Positions 40,426-53,889 are shown, numbered from the stretch's first letter. The stretch: 64,000 nucleotides of DNA from Cenococcum geophilum (GCA_050273025.1 CP158635.1:29946001-30010000), one strand, 5' to 3'. Numbers and translations: made by a program. Notes: generated by a model from the sequence alone, not told the origin.

Positions 40426-43400
40426 CTAACTGGCTAAGGCCTCTAGTAGTCTAGAACTCCGCCACAGACCTAACACCCAGCAGTTAGACAATTGGGTTTG
40501 TGAGGTAGACAACTTCTTTAAGATGCTAATAATACGAGATAATATTAAAGAGCGTATACGCTGGATTATTAGCAAGATTAAAGACCGATCGCTAAACTAG
40601 ATTGCACTTAATTAGCTTAATAAAGAGCAAATTACTATATAGCTATAGCTGTAACCCTTTCTAAAGAAATAGACTTAAGATCTATATATTATATAATACG
40701 ATAATATAAAGCTATTCTGGAATAGGATACAGCTTAACCGCTATAACTTCCGCCAGTTTATAAACTTTATAGAAACTTATACTTGATAGATAGATCTAGA
40801 GCCCTTTAAAAACAAGGACGGTAGTATCCATAAAAAGGAGAAGATTAGGTTTATCTGGGCTAGAATTAAGCTAGTAATTCGTGACGAAATAAAGCATATA
40901 GGAGCCCTATTACGGATCACTATATATACGGATTTTGAACGAGTAGTTCTAAACGCTAAAGACGCGGTAAGGAACTAGACCTCTTCTAGTAGAAAGCTAA
41001 GGGGTTACTAAAAGCGCGGGCACTTTAGTAGTAATATAGGGCAGACCTAACCTTTAAAGAAGCCGTTCTTAAAGAGAACTTTAAAAGGGTTAAAGTTAGG
41101 AGCCTTAAATAACGGGAAAGACTCCTAGGGTTAACCTAATACCTATCTGGCACCTTTATAGGAACACTCTAAGAAGTTAAGAGAAAACTCTAGAGGTAGA
41201 TCCTATTAAAAAAACAAGGCGACAACTGTACTAATAATTTTAAAAAAAGCCCTAGTTACGGACCTCTCCTAGCTGTAACTAGGGCAAGATATAAAAGGAG
41301 AGACTCTCTATATCGCTATTAAGCTAGAAATAATACTCCTTATAGGTAAGATATATTAGTTCTAAGTACTATATAACAGTGGCGCCGAAATTAATCTTAT
41401 ATAATATAATTTGGTAAAAGAGTATAAACTTATCCTATTGTAAAGGTGGCGGAAACCTATTATAGGCTTCCTAGATAAGCATCGGATTAAACTATATAGT
41501 GCCTATAAGCTTATAGTATTAGTGGCCAACATATATAACTATACTAAGATAGTTAGCCCGCATCCCTTCTAGGCGGCTAACTTTATAGGTTATAACCTTA
41601 TCTTTAAATACCCTTAGCTTATAAAAGTAGATCTTAAGATACGCTTTAAAATAGGAGCCTTTAAATAGTGGAATAATAAAGATTTGGAAGGGCGTATATT
41701 ACTAATAAGCCTAAAGGACATCCTAGAGAATGAAGCCCTAGGTAAAATAGTATACGCTTTATACCCAAAGGAGTATTATATCTAACCCCTATTTAATAGC
41801 AAGATAGGTATAGAGCCTAGTATAAGTAATAACCCCTTTATAACGGAGACCCTATGGGGAACTACTGGATAGGTTGCGGAGATATTATAAGGAGGCGGCG
41901 ATCTTAAAGATCTTATAAGATACTTTAACCGCTATAGGTTACTCTAGCATAAGCAATATATAGAGAGTATACTTTAACACCTTAAACGTTGCGTTAAAGA
42001 ATTCCCTACCCTTTATTGGCTACCGCATGTAATGGTTTAATATACGGTAGTAACTATGTATAAGTAACTACTATAGCGTATAATGCTACCCGCGAGCATC
42101 CTAAGGGAGCTCCGGGACCTACTTAATAACAATATAAAGGATAAACGCGACCCTAATTTATTAAATATTCCAGCAGGCCTAAGGGACTTACTAAGGGTAT
42201 TTTTAGGTAGGAGAGCTAAAGTCCTACCGCAGAACTCGGAGTATAATTATATAATTAATCTGGAAGAAGGTAAATAGCCGCTAAACCTTCCTATCTACAA
42301 CCTCTTACATAAAGAGCTTAAGATCCTATGGGAGTACCTTAATAGCTTACTAGAAAAGGGATGGATCTGGCCTAGTAAGTTACCGGTAGGCGCGCCAATT
42401 CTCTTTATTTTAAAACTAGATAGAACTATAAGGCTATATATAGACTATCGCGGTCTTAATAAGATTATAATTAAGAACCGTTACCCATTACTATTAGTTA
42501 GTAAAATGCTAGATTAACTATCTAGGGCGAAGATCTTTATAAAGCTAGATCTATAAGACGCCTATTATAGGCTCCGTATTAAAGAAGGGGATAAGTAAAA
42601 GACCACTTTTAAGACCTAATACGGCCACTTTAAGTATTTAGTAATGCCTTTTAGGCTAGCTAATGCGCCTATAATATTCTAATTATATATTTATAGAGCC
42701 TTAGGGGGACTAGTTAACTATATATATATTATCTATTTAGATAATATCTTAATCTACTTAGAAGATAAGGATTAATATAAGTAATACGTCCGCGAAGTAC
42801 TGGAACGTTTAGATAATTAGGGCCTCTACGCTAAGGCGTTAAAGTACGTCTTTAACACTAAGCAGGTTAAGTTCCTGGGTTATATTATAACGCCTATAGG
42901 TGTAGTTATAGACTTAGTATGGGTGTAGATAATCTAGGAGTGGCCGGAGCTAAAGAGCTACTAGGATATTTAAGTGTTCCTAGGCTTTACTAATTTCTAT
43001 AGGCGCTTTATCTATAACTATTTAGACGTTACTTAATACCTATTTAACTATATTATAAAAGCTTTTTAAGACCTAACCTAAGGAGCAAAAAGCTTAAAGG
43101 CGGTAAAAAAGAAAATTAAAAAGGGACTAACTAAATGGTATAAGCTATAGTTATGGCCTAGAAAGGTTTAAGAGGCCTTTTAGGAACTTCGCGTAAAGTT
43201 TATAAAAGCTCTATTACTGCGGCATTTTAACCTAAATTAGCTATTAATAATAATTACTAATGTATTAAATTTTACCTTTATTGGTATTCTACTATAACCT
43301 AATAGGCATCCGGACGCTACCCAGCTCTATTAAAGACTAGTAGTATTTTATAGCAGAAAATTCCAGTGACCTAAATTTAGGTATTATACCCACAATAAAG

Positions 43401-46400
43401 AACTACTAGCTATAGTTAACTGCTTTAAATAGTGGTAATACTACCTTAAGTACGCGAGCCATACTACTTATATACTCTTAAATTACTATAATCTATACTA
43501 CTTTATAACTATAAAGGAGCTTATACCTTAATAAGCTAGATAGATAGAAGAGCTCGCGTAATTTAATTTTAAGATTAAATACAAGCTAGGGGAAAATAAC
43601 CCTACTAATAGACCGTTATAACGGCCAGACTATACCAAAGGCTTTAAAACGGAAGAAGGAAAATAGATAATAGATATTTTACTCCCTATATTATAGAACA
43701 AGCTCTAGGTATAAAATACTTAAGCACCTATAGCTCTATATACTAAGTCTTAGGCGGTATAAGCCCTATTAGTTTCTACTAACGTTCTAACTAGTACCTA
43801 GTCCGTTACTAATAAGGATCTAAATATACCTAGATAGGACGTCCCTAATACATTCTTAAAACCTAGTAATATACTATCCCTAATTACTAAGCTATCCCCT
43901 TAAACTAATAGCGAAGTTATAGAGTAATTAGAACTTGGAGCCCTAATAATAACTAAAGGACTTTAACCCCGTAGCGGCCTTTCTAATATATATATATTAA
44001 AGAGTTATAAGATCTATAGTACTATCTAGTTTTATACTTAGAGTAGTATAGGATAAAATAGCTTTTACCTAGGAACCACCTAAAAGGTTAATAGATCTTA
44101 TCTGTAAGGTATAATAGAGGGATGCTTTCTATACCATCCTTAATGCGGAAGTAGACCGGAAACGTGACGGAAAGGAAGCTGCTAGGCGCTACTATTAGGA
44201 ACTAGACCCGATGGGCCTACTATATAGAGGTAGTAAGGTTTAGGTGCTATAAGAAGCAAATCTACGACAGAAGATTCTTATAAAGAATTATAATAATCCC
44301 CTAGGCGGCCACTATGGTCAAGCGAAAATAGTGGAATTACTTTAATATAAATACTATTAGCTAAGGCTTAATTAGAAAGCAAAGGAGTACATTAGCTATT
44401 GTAAGAAGTATTAAGTATATAAAATCCACAGGTATAAGCCATAGGGTCTACTTAAATTAGTTTCCCCCGCTAGTAAGCTATAATAATATTACGCTATAGA
44501 CTTTATTACGGATCTCCCGCCATCTAAAGATAGCTAAGGACGAGTATACAATTCGGTCCTTGTACTTATTAATAGGTTTTTAAAGTACGTCTAATACCTT
44601 CCTGTTAATAAAACGATTAATGTATAAGAGCTTACTAACCTAATTAAGGAGAAATGCTTTCTTAAAGTAGATTAGCTACACTCTATTATTATTAATAGGG
44701 GCAGTGTCTTTATAAGCTAATACTGGTCGGACCTACACTTCCATTTAAAGATAGACCACCGTTATAGTATAGCTTTCTATCTATAGACGGACGGATAAAT
44801 AAAACGCTAAAACTAGGAACTAGAGTCTTACCTACGAATATATTTAAACTACTAGCAAGATAATTAATATGAGCTACTTCTGTACGCGGAGTACGCTTAT
44901 AATTTAAAGCAATATTTATTATATCGGTTTGCACCAATCTAGATTACCTACGGCATTTAACTATTAGGGTTTAATAGTATACCTAATAATCACTAGCTAA
45001 GGCCGCATAATTAGTTATAGGATCCTACTAAAAAGTTTAAGGACATCTACCGGAGAGTATAAGGATACCTCTAGGAATAGAAAAAGTAATAAAAGTATAC
45101 AAAGCAGAGCCTATAAGATGCCTAAGAGCAGTAGAGACTTTAGTATAACCGTAAGCACTAGGATAAGCATTTTGGAGTAGGCGATAAGGTTCTATTATAT
45201 TTAATAAATATTAAGACCCATTAACTATTAAAGAAGCTTAATATAAGATACCTAGATCCCTTCTAAATTAAGGAACGAATTAGTAAGCTAGCCTACCATC
45301 TCTAGCTACCCCTATCTATGGCCTATATACATCTAGTATTTTATATAAACCTACTAGAGCTATAGCACAGACTACTACCGGAAAAGAATTTCCGTCTAGG
45401 CCCAATTAAACACCCTAAGGTAGTAGGCAAGCGGTATAAGGTTAAAGCTATACTATGCTATAAGTCTATTAAGAACAAGCTTTAATATAAAGTTAAATGG
45501 CTAGGCTAGCCCGCTAAGAACTCTATATAGGAACTAGAGGATTACCTTAATTATTATAAAGATATTCTAAAAGAATATTAGGGCTAAGGTCTATAATCTA
45601 TAAATCGCAGAAAGCGCTCTAATACTACAGTATCATCGCGACCTATAAAGAAAGCTCGCGAAAAGAGTAAATAGGTTAAATTAGATATAGAACGGACAAG
45701 CTCCGGAAACTATAAGGATTAGGGATATAGCCTAAGGTAGGACTAGTCCTTAGCCTTTTTACGTATATAGCATAGAGTTAATAGGGCATTTTGCTAGAAT
45801 TGCATTCCCATTCATTAATCTATACTAGGAATATTATTTTTAGGGCTTTTAAGCCCTTCCTAAAAGCCTTCTAAGGCCTTTCTAAGTACCTAATCGAGGT
45901 CCTCGATTACTACTATATATAAGAATAAATCCCAAATACCTAATCTAAAAAGCCACTATGCCTCACCCTTAGGAGTAAGATTAGTATCTATCGGCCCTCT
46001 AAGGGATGGCTAACGAGAATAAGATTTAGAACCCTTAGTAGTGGTATAGGTAGGTATAAAAACAGGGGTAGGATGATAAGGTGTAGCTAGAGCAGAGACT
46101 CTTAAATGCTTAATACTAATATTAGGTCTAAACCAATACTAATAAAGCTCTTAGGGAGTAAGCTTATAGTTAATAAAGATATGCTTAAGCCTAGAATAAA
46201 TAGAGACTTTAGCTGGCTAATACAGTCCAGAACTACCAAGACCTTACTACAGCAACTATTAGTTACCTATCCGCTAGGTACCCGAAGGGTAACCTACCTA
46301 ATACCGTATTATATTATGCTCTTTTAAAACTTAACGCGTATACGTAAACTCCTTCTTATAGTAGATAGCAACCTTCTTCTTATTACCCCTATCTCTTACC

Positions 46401-48159
46401 CTATCCTTAGTATACTAACCTTGCTCTTATATTAGGCGTTACTAGCTAGCTTACTAAGAATTATAGGTGGTATAAATAGCTATAGCATAGTCTTAAATTT
46501 GACTAAGTTGTTTAGTATTTACGCTAGAATAAGAAAGAGCCCAGGTAATATAGTAGTCAAAAACATTAAAGGAACGTCGCCACTTAGGCCTAGGCTATTA
46601 AAGCTTAAAGTTGGTAATAAAAGTCTATTAACAATAGAAAAGCTTACCTTAACGTAACTACCGCTCTTAATATGCATGCATCAATTATAAGGACTAAAGG
46701 TATTAGATTTAACGTAGTGCGTCTTATTACAAGCCTCTAGAATCCTATTATTAGATTTCTGGTCTTTTAAAGACGTATAGATAAAATCATTTAAGCAGGA
46801 CCAGCACTAGTTGCGAGTTAGCGGAGGTTAGGGTTCTATATGTAAAGGTAAGGCTAGGATATGCTATAGAATCTACTTAAAAGAGCAGTTAGTAGGAGAA
46901 TAAAGAGGCATATTAAATTATTAATGAAAAAAAGAAAATCTTAATAATATATTGAAGATACGTCTAAAATTGGATAACGGTTAATGGCGAGAAGTAAGGT
47001 GTTTAAGAAAAGGAGCAGCTTAATAAGTAAGGTATCTTTATACTTTACCTTCTAATACCCTTTTAATAAATAGCCGCAACCTTACCAATATAACTCCATT
47101 ATAATAGCGTTATTTAGAAGGAAGAAAATACAAGTATATATTATCTAACTATTACTTCCTTATAAAAACTAAGTACGCGGCTAGGGGAAGGCAATTAAGA
47201 CGTCAATTAAAGACGTATATAGGTTAAATTATACCTAAAATAATACTATAGTATCAAAAATTAACGTTATAGACATTCTTAACAATCGTATAATAGCTAC
47301 AATTACTATTACAAAATGTCCCTATTTGCTAGGTAGTAGAGCTACACCAAATATACGGCACAGGACTACTAGATTTAAAAGCATATACACTAAATCTTAG
47401 GAGATAAGTCTCCTTAATTAACTAATTAATACCTTAACCGTATCTAATAGCCTAAGGGTAAATACGGAAATAATACGTTAGTAACGCAAAGGATTATATA
47501 AAATAATTACAGATTACATTTTAATAGTTAAAAGATAACGGTAAGCTAAGGCCTTATATATTAAGCTATATACTAAATAGTTCTACGGAACTATATTAGG
47601 AACACTAAATTACCTATAATACTTATAATTAATTATAGACCGGCATAAAGGCTTAGATATAAAGTTGCATAAAAATCTTTAAGTTAGCCTAGGTAGTTAC
47701 CAGTAGGCTTTTAGTAGGCTTTTAGTAGGCTCCTAGTAATTCTTACGTCTTTTCTCTAGCCACGTTTTTCCCTTATTAAGGTTTTTTAGGAGTTTAAAGT
47801 AGGGGTTAGATAGATAGATAATATACAGCGGTATACTAATACCTCTCTAATATCTCTCCGAACCCCTTCTGGGATAAGCCCTTATAATCTCCCTACTGTA
47901 AGGTAATAGCGATCGGGGGCTAACTGTAAGAGGGGGGGGTAATATAAGGGATATTATTACGGTTACCTCGGGTTGCCCTTAGGACAACCCCTAGATGCCC
48001 CTTAGATAGTTACCGGTTATATGCCGAAGGCACGTGCCCGTAGTATATAGTCTCTACAATCCTAGAGGCCTTACCTCCTTAAGGATTCGTCTCTCTTACC
48101 AATCTATCCTGTTCTACAATCGTGTCCTTATAGCCCCCTGTCTATAAAATCCCCTTATA
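40426..48159 (+). mobile_element. Gypsy-B copy 3: 5'-truncated gag-pol with chromodomain, 2.2-kb 3' accessory region, PPT and 3' LTR 47943-48159
   Basis: Collinear with 31010-35560. Chromodomain-like YKVKWLGWP.ENSTWEP after de-RIP. G-run PPT before the LTR. Confidence 0.9.
46300..46911 (-). pseudogene. Antisense accessory gene of Gypsy-B with a six-cysteine cluster and intron (RIP-damaged)
   Basis: ATG at 46911; CWSC-x21-C-x13-(C)xxC-x7-(C); GTAAGC donor at 46647 and candidate TAG acceptor at 46595. The 3' end is approximate. Confidence 0.55.
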
Positions 48160-49993
48160 ATAGCGGTCTTAGTTTTTACTTCTAATACAATATCTCTAAG
48201 GTTTATATACTCTTAGTAAGCTGCTTTTATTGCCTTATTATTACTAAATATTTCGCCTATATTAAATTTATTATCCTTAATGTTCAATTTATAAGATAGT
48301 TTATTAGTTTCTCTAAACTTTAATAATTTTAGCTCCTATAGCTAATAGCTTACGCTATATTTAGCGTCCTTATAAATTTAGTATATATTATTATAGTAAA
48401 ACGTAAAACTCTTAATTAAATATTCCTTTATTCCTTATAATATATTATTATCCCTTTATATATATATATTATCTACTAGTCTCATTCCTCTTACTATATA
48501 ATAACTCTAACTACTTCTATAGTCTTTAACGAAATAACCCTATTTTCTGTAATTTATATAAGCTCCTTCTTTAAACTATTTTTCTTGCTATAGAGTCCGC
48601 CTAAACATCTTCTACTATTAAGATCCCTGGTTTAGCCTCTACTCCTTAAACCTTTAATTACTTAATCCTTATCCTTTAGGTTTCTATAGTTTCTTATTCC
48701 ATTTTTTATTTTCTTTAGTACTGCTTAGGTCCATTAGCTTTGCGCTATACTATAGTTTCTAGTTTTAACTTTATTATTGCGTACCTTACGCCTTATATAA
48801 CTATAGAACTCTATCCTAACCCTTCTTAGTCTACTCTCTTTAGTAGATCCTATTATTACTCTTAATTACTTAATTAATTAATTCCCTAAGAGTATCTGCA
48901 TCTTTTATTAGAATAATTACGTTTTAGACTTTTACTTTAAATCCCTATTTATACTATACTATAGGCGCCTTATTATTCTATTTAGCTTATATAGCCAATA
49001 TCTAAAACTATATTATATATTTAATTGCTAAAGTTTATTATATTAGGTTTTAAAGCTTTTATTCTACTATAGTAGTTACTTCTAGGTCTCTAAATATTTA
49101 TATTAGTTATTCCGCGAACTTATTCCAATTAGCAAATATATATTATACTTCTTAGTTAGTAGTTACTATACCGCTTTTCTATACCTCTATAAGGTAAGGT
49201 TTAAACTATTTAAGTGCCCTTCCTAATAGGAATAGTCCTACGTAGGCTATTTAGTCTATAGGTATTACTAGCTTTACTCCCTCTTATATAACCTTAAAAT
49301 GTATTTATATAAGAAATCCCTTAAGTTTTAACTTCTTACCTAAGAATCGGTTAATAGATAGTAGCTTAATCTTTACTACTCTAATCCTATTAATTCTTTC
49401 TTTAAGTATCCTATTATTATCTGTTAATTAATTAACTATTACCTATAATTATTTAACCGTAACTAGCTAAAAGTTAGTATTTACTATACTAGTGTCGTTA
49501 CCTAATCCCAATATAGTTGCTACCGTTAACAGCGCTATAACTACTGCTTTTAGTAGCATATTATTTAACTTCTTTTACTATAACCTTAGTAGTAAATATA
49601 TAATAAAGCCTTATAGGAAATACTACGGTAAACTTATTAATGGGCTAGGCATATAGGTATAGAATAGTTAACAACATAAATATAACTAGTAGAGTAATTA
49701 CTTAACAGATTAACTCCAATTATATTCTAAGATTTACTATAAAGAAGAGAACTATCTAGGTAGGGACTATAGTCCTTTAAATATATAATACTGGGTATAT
49801 AAGGTACGTAAGGTATATAAGTAGATCTTATAGATCTAACAGATTAACAGATCTCCTCTCGTGGCTTATTATGTGACTTAGCTACCCCTCGTCCTATAGT
49901 TTGACTGGTTTTAGCACCTCCCGTGCTTTTACCACTAGTCCGTTTATATCTCTCCTTAGTAGTGTTATTACTGCCGATATAAGGTCCGTAACA
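48160..49993 (-). mobile_element. Gypsy-A 5' half: gag with zinc knuckle and 5' LTR 49599-49993
   Basis: The LTR is homologous to 15993-16402 apart from a different central repeat. De-RIPed CYNCGKPGHFARDC-like knuckle at ~48520-48570. Confidence 0.85.
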
Positions 49994-51345
49994 ATAATAG
50001 CTTAACGGCCGTTGCGGTACTTTAATACTACTAGGGAAGATATATAGGCCGTAATAGTCCTCTAGCTACTAAAAGGATAAAAAGCTCTTAGTGCCGTTCT
50101 TACCCTAGTAGTTAAAGAAGTAAAAGGCTATTATAGAGAGAGGGTAGAGGATAGGGTTAGTATTATATATATAGCCTATATACTTAACCTTGCCGTATTA
50201 ATTCTGCTTCCCCTATATTATTAATATAATTATATATAGCGCTAGCTCGTCTAGTTTAAGCCCTTTATTCTCTAGTTTAATAAGAATAAGGTTAGTAAGC
50301 TAAATATCCTATCTACTTTTACCTTAGGTAATAGTAGTATAGCCTAAGAAATAGGTTTAAAAATAGTAGTTATATAGACTAAATATAAACCTAATAAATG
50401 CTTAGCCGTAGTTTAAAGGTAAGACTTAACTAAACCTAGTATTTTAAAGCCCGTCTCCTAGTACTAAGTAATCGCCTTTTTAAGCCCTTTAATATTATAG
50501 CCGCTAGTAATTATAAATAGGCCTTAATTAATAAAGTTAACGCGTTAAATCCGGTTCTTATTACGGCGGACGCTATCTAGTACTATTAAGAGCTTTACCC
50601 CCTATAGTGGCTATAAGGCCTTACCTTCTAATTACTATATATAAAGCCTAGTAATAGTGGATATATAGCTATTTATAACTAAGTATTAGACTATTTCGTT
50701 AAATAGAGCGTCTAAGGCCTCCTTATTCTATATCTCTCCTTCCTCCTTTATCCCTTAACCCGCCAGCGTCTTATTAGAAGCTAGTCTGTGCCCAAACACT
50801 AAAATAAAAATAATATATATGGCTAATTACTATTAACATTGCCTTCTAATTGTACTCCTAATAATATAGGCCTTGTCCAACCAACTTAGTATAACGTTCA
50901 GCCAAATTAATATGCTAAAAAGCCACCACCGAAGCCATGGCCGCTGCCCGATTTTACTCCTACGACAATTCGATTTGGTTGATCTGATTGGCTAGTCCTT
51001 ATCGATAACGGTAGGACTAGCCAATCAGATCAACCAAATCGAATTGTCGTAGGAGTAAAATCGGGCAGCGGCCATGGCTTCGGTGGTGGCTTTTTAGCAT
51101 ATCAATTTGGCTGAACGTTATACTAAGTCGGTTGGACAAGGCCTATATTATTAGGAGTACAATTAGAAGGCATTGTTAATAGTAATTAGCCATACATATT
51201 ATTTTCATTTTGGTGTTCGGGCACGGACCAGCTTCCGGTAGGACGCTAGCGGGTTAAGGGATAGCTTCCTCCCCTATAGTTACGGCTGCCGCTATAGCTA
51301 CCTTTTCCTTAGCCGTCTTCTGCCTCTTTTTTACCCACTTACTAT
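49994..51345 (-). mobile_element. Crypton 5' part (NDC10/tyrosine-recombinase-like domain), interrupted by the palindromic element
   Basis: De-RIPed VVNSYISAI, LGHATVTRGESR..IQLADL, GKQNQYGKVEYMGC..H.NPILCPLS.MAFYFF.RW motifs, typical of fungal Crypton recombinases. Confidence 0.8.
50752..51260. mobile_element. 509-bp foldback (palindromic) element with CCCTTAACCCG termini, inserted at an AT site
   Basis: Arms 50752-50999 and 51013-51260 are near-perfect inverted repeats around a 13-nt spacer. Same termini as 39396-39555. Confidence 0.88.
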
Positions 51346-51900
51346 CTTTCTATATCTATCGAGATATAAGGTTAACCTCCTACCTCCCAATGTGAGGTGA
51401 CAAGCTCTGCACCACTCAGCCACAGCACAAACCTGCGAAAGGTAAGCGAGTGACTGGCAAGATGCCAGGCGCGGCTGTGCGGAACAATACATATAGGCGC
51501 GAGATGACCTCGTCACCTGACACTTAATAAACCGATCGGCCCACGACTTACCCGCCTCCCTATAGCCAATTTTAAAGGCAAGATTGCGTATTATCTATCT
51601 TAAAGGGGGTAATTCTCGCTTATAAAGGCTGTTAATGTATCATACAAGCTCTTTCTCCTAGGTGTTGTTAAGGAGTCGTTGATTTTTAAGCTTTGTGCCA
51701 TAGTGCCCTGAATACCTTAGTGCGGCCGCGATAACGTATTTTAATCGCAACCGTATCTCTTTTAATATTTTAGCATAACTAGGAGTTTCTCCAGGCTTTA
51801 GCGATTTTAATGAATCCAGCACAGCTTCAATTGGGGTCATATTGGTGGAGACAAAAATTATTAGAATTTTGATGATTTTCTGTGCGGGCGACCGCTACGC
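51346..51900 (-). mobile_element. Fot1/pogo transposase 5' fragment (HTH region)
   Basis: MTPIEAVLDSLKSLKPGETPSYAKI..NQRLLN..GKSWADRFI. The frame continues across the solo LTR. Boundaries are approximate. Confidence 0.75.
51391..51522. mobile_element. 132-bp solo LTR
   Basis: Inverted termini tgtgaggtgac..gtcacctgaca. 5-bp flanks cccaa/cttaa differ only by C>T. Confidence 0.65.
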
Positions 51901-53490
51901 GAGGGCGCTTTGACCCAATATGGCACTTCACAGCCAACAGTCTACAGCATTTCTCTTAGGTCACGGCACTATTGCATGAAGAGATTAGCATACGCTTAAT
52001 TGATATTGTTTCGTCCGCGTTGCCTGGTTGCGAGCTTGGGCATTCGGCTCTAATGCATTTTCATAATTTATACTCTCGACTTCGCGCACAGATATCTATC
52101 ACATTTCTTACAAATTCAACAGAGGTAGCCCCTAGTCAAAGAATTTCCTTTGCCAATGCAGACTTTGTATCTCCTTAGGGCCTGGAAGCCGCTAGACTGG
52201 CACGGAAAAAACAAAGGTGCTAAGACTAGGAATTTAAAATGAGTGTTTTAACAGAACTGACATAAAAGTGGAGGGCATGGATCCGGGGCTCTGGACCTAG
52301 CTGAGTCACGGCGTTACCCATGGAGTACATGGCACCATTAGACAGGTTCTGACCAAACTCGCCCCAAGCTGGGCTACCTTTGCTGTCTAGTCACAAACTA
52401 GAGAAAAACCCTCAACATCAGAGCTCGAGTTCTGGGGAGACACTCATAACGAAATACATCTCCATAAAGCCAAGAAGACTAAATTTCTGTATACAGGGGT
52501 TCACGGATCCCCTCTCGTCCGCCTTGATTGATTTTTCTAGAATTTTTCAACGGCAGTGCAACTGTCTCGGATAGCACTGTAGTAAGCGCAGTTATGGCGT
52601 TGTAGTAAGCGCGGTTCATTCAGTCTCTAGGCAGTATCCCGAGTATACCTCCTGAGTCATTCCAAGGGAATGGAAGGTTTGAGCCTTGTGGGATAGGGGT
52701 GCACTTGTGGAGCCGCCTAGAGTGTGTTTAAGCACTTCGAATTATTGGTTTGAGACAATTATGTGTATTATTTATTATTTTCAATTGCGTCAACAAGTCT
52801 AACGGAGACGTTCGGGAACCTATGGTGATGGTAAACATCGCAGCGTTACTCCGTGTTACTCTAATTTGTCGATCCTTTGTCTTGGTGGAGTCCTTTGACT
52901 ACTAACGTAAACTAAAGCTGCACCGCTGTACAGAAGCGGACGTCAGGCGACATGCGACCGAGAAGCCATGCAGGTAATTCGATATGCGGTTTAGGATGAC
53001 AAGAATTAGACCGCTCCGTCGGGTCTATTAGAAAGATCAGCGGATATGACCTGGAGTTTTCCTCTAGACTTACTCAGTAATAACTTCCTCCTATCCGATT
53101 TAAACTTTTAAATGACGACGATGGGTGTTGGCCGGAATTTGAGGCTATATATTGTCCTAATCGGCGGGCCGGTCTTTTTGGTGCCAATTGGCGTTCAACA
53201 ATAAGTTACGTAACTCAAGAAAAAGACTGCATACATTCTTGCTAGATCTGTGTCTCATTAAGGCGCCTTAGGCAACACTAGCCCACTGTAGTGGGCAAAA
53301 AGAGCTTCAACTCAGAGTCTCAGATCCTACGCTAGTCCTACGAGATTGACTAAAACAAGAAATACCCGACGAAAAGTAATTAACCATTAACACTGTCATT
53401 CGTATGTGTATCTAGTAAATCGAATTGTTGGATCCAAGGAGTGGCTCTCAGCTGGATAAAGCCCGGATTGCTAAACGACTGAATAAGACC

Positions 53491-53889
53491 CAGTGATGTA
53501 ATTGGTCTGGTTGGTTACAAATTTTGCCCTCATAACCAACCAATAGCCCATTTAAAGGCCCCAACCGGTTGCCTAACCGGTTAAACCAGATAAACCAAAT
53601 AAGATTAGAAATATTGTGAGTTTTAGCATAGTATTAAGTCAAATTAATTATTACTAACTATATATTTAATAGCATCTCCCTTATCGCTCTTATTACCGTT
53701 ATTATTACAATTACTTTTACTAAGCTCCCCTTCCTACTCATCCTATTCTTTATTATTTTCCTTACCCTTTTCCTTATCCTTTTTCTTATCTGCATTACCT
53801 ATTATATTAGAATCTTTCTTAGCGGCAGCTTTAGTAGTAGCTTTAGTAGCAGCTTCTTCCTTATATAAATTGTTAATATTAAAATTAAC
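53491..53889 (-). mobile_element. Probable end of a third hAT-like element, cut by Gypsy-A
   Basis: CAGTGATGTAA terminus, subterminal aacc/ggtt repeats and abrupt onset of RIP. The other end is not in the window. Confidence 0.45.

Noticed and set aside
15993..49993. One single Gypsy-A insertion with paired LTRs
   Set aside because: No matching TSD, and the LTR central regions differ.
50150..50200. Plus-strand C.AH.LNLAV-like hAT motif
   Set aside because: Chance antisense reading. The minus strand gives a long, coherent Crypton recombinase match.
51900..53490. Gene in the GC-balanced unique stretch
   Set aside because: No convincing ORF, splice pattern or motif found by eye. Probably intergenic or a decayed pseudogene.
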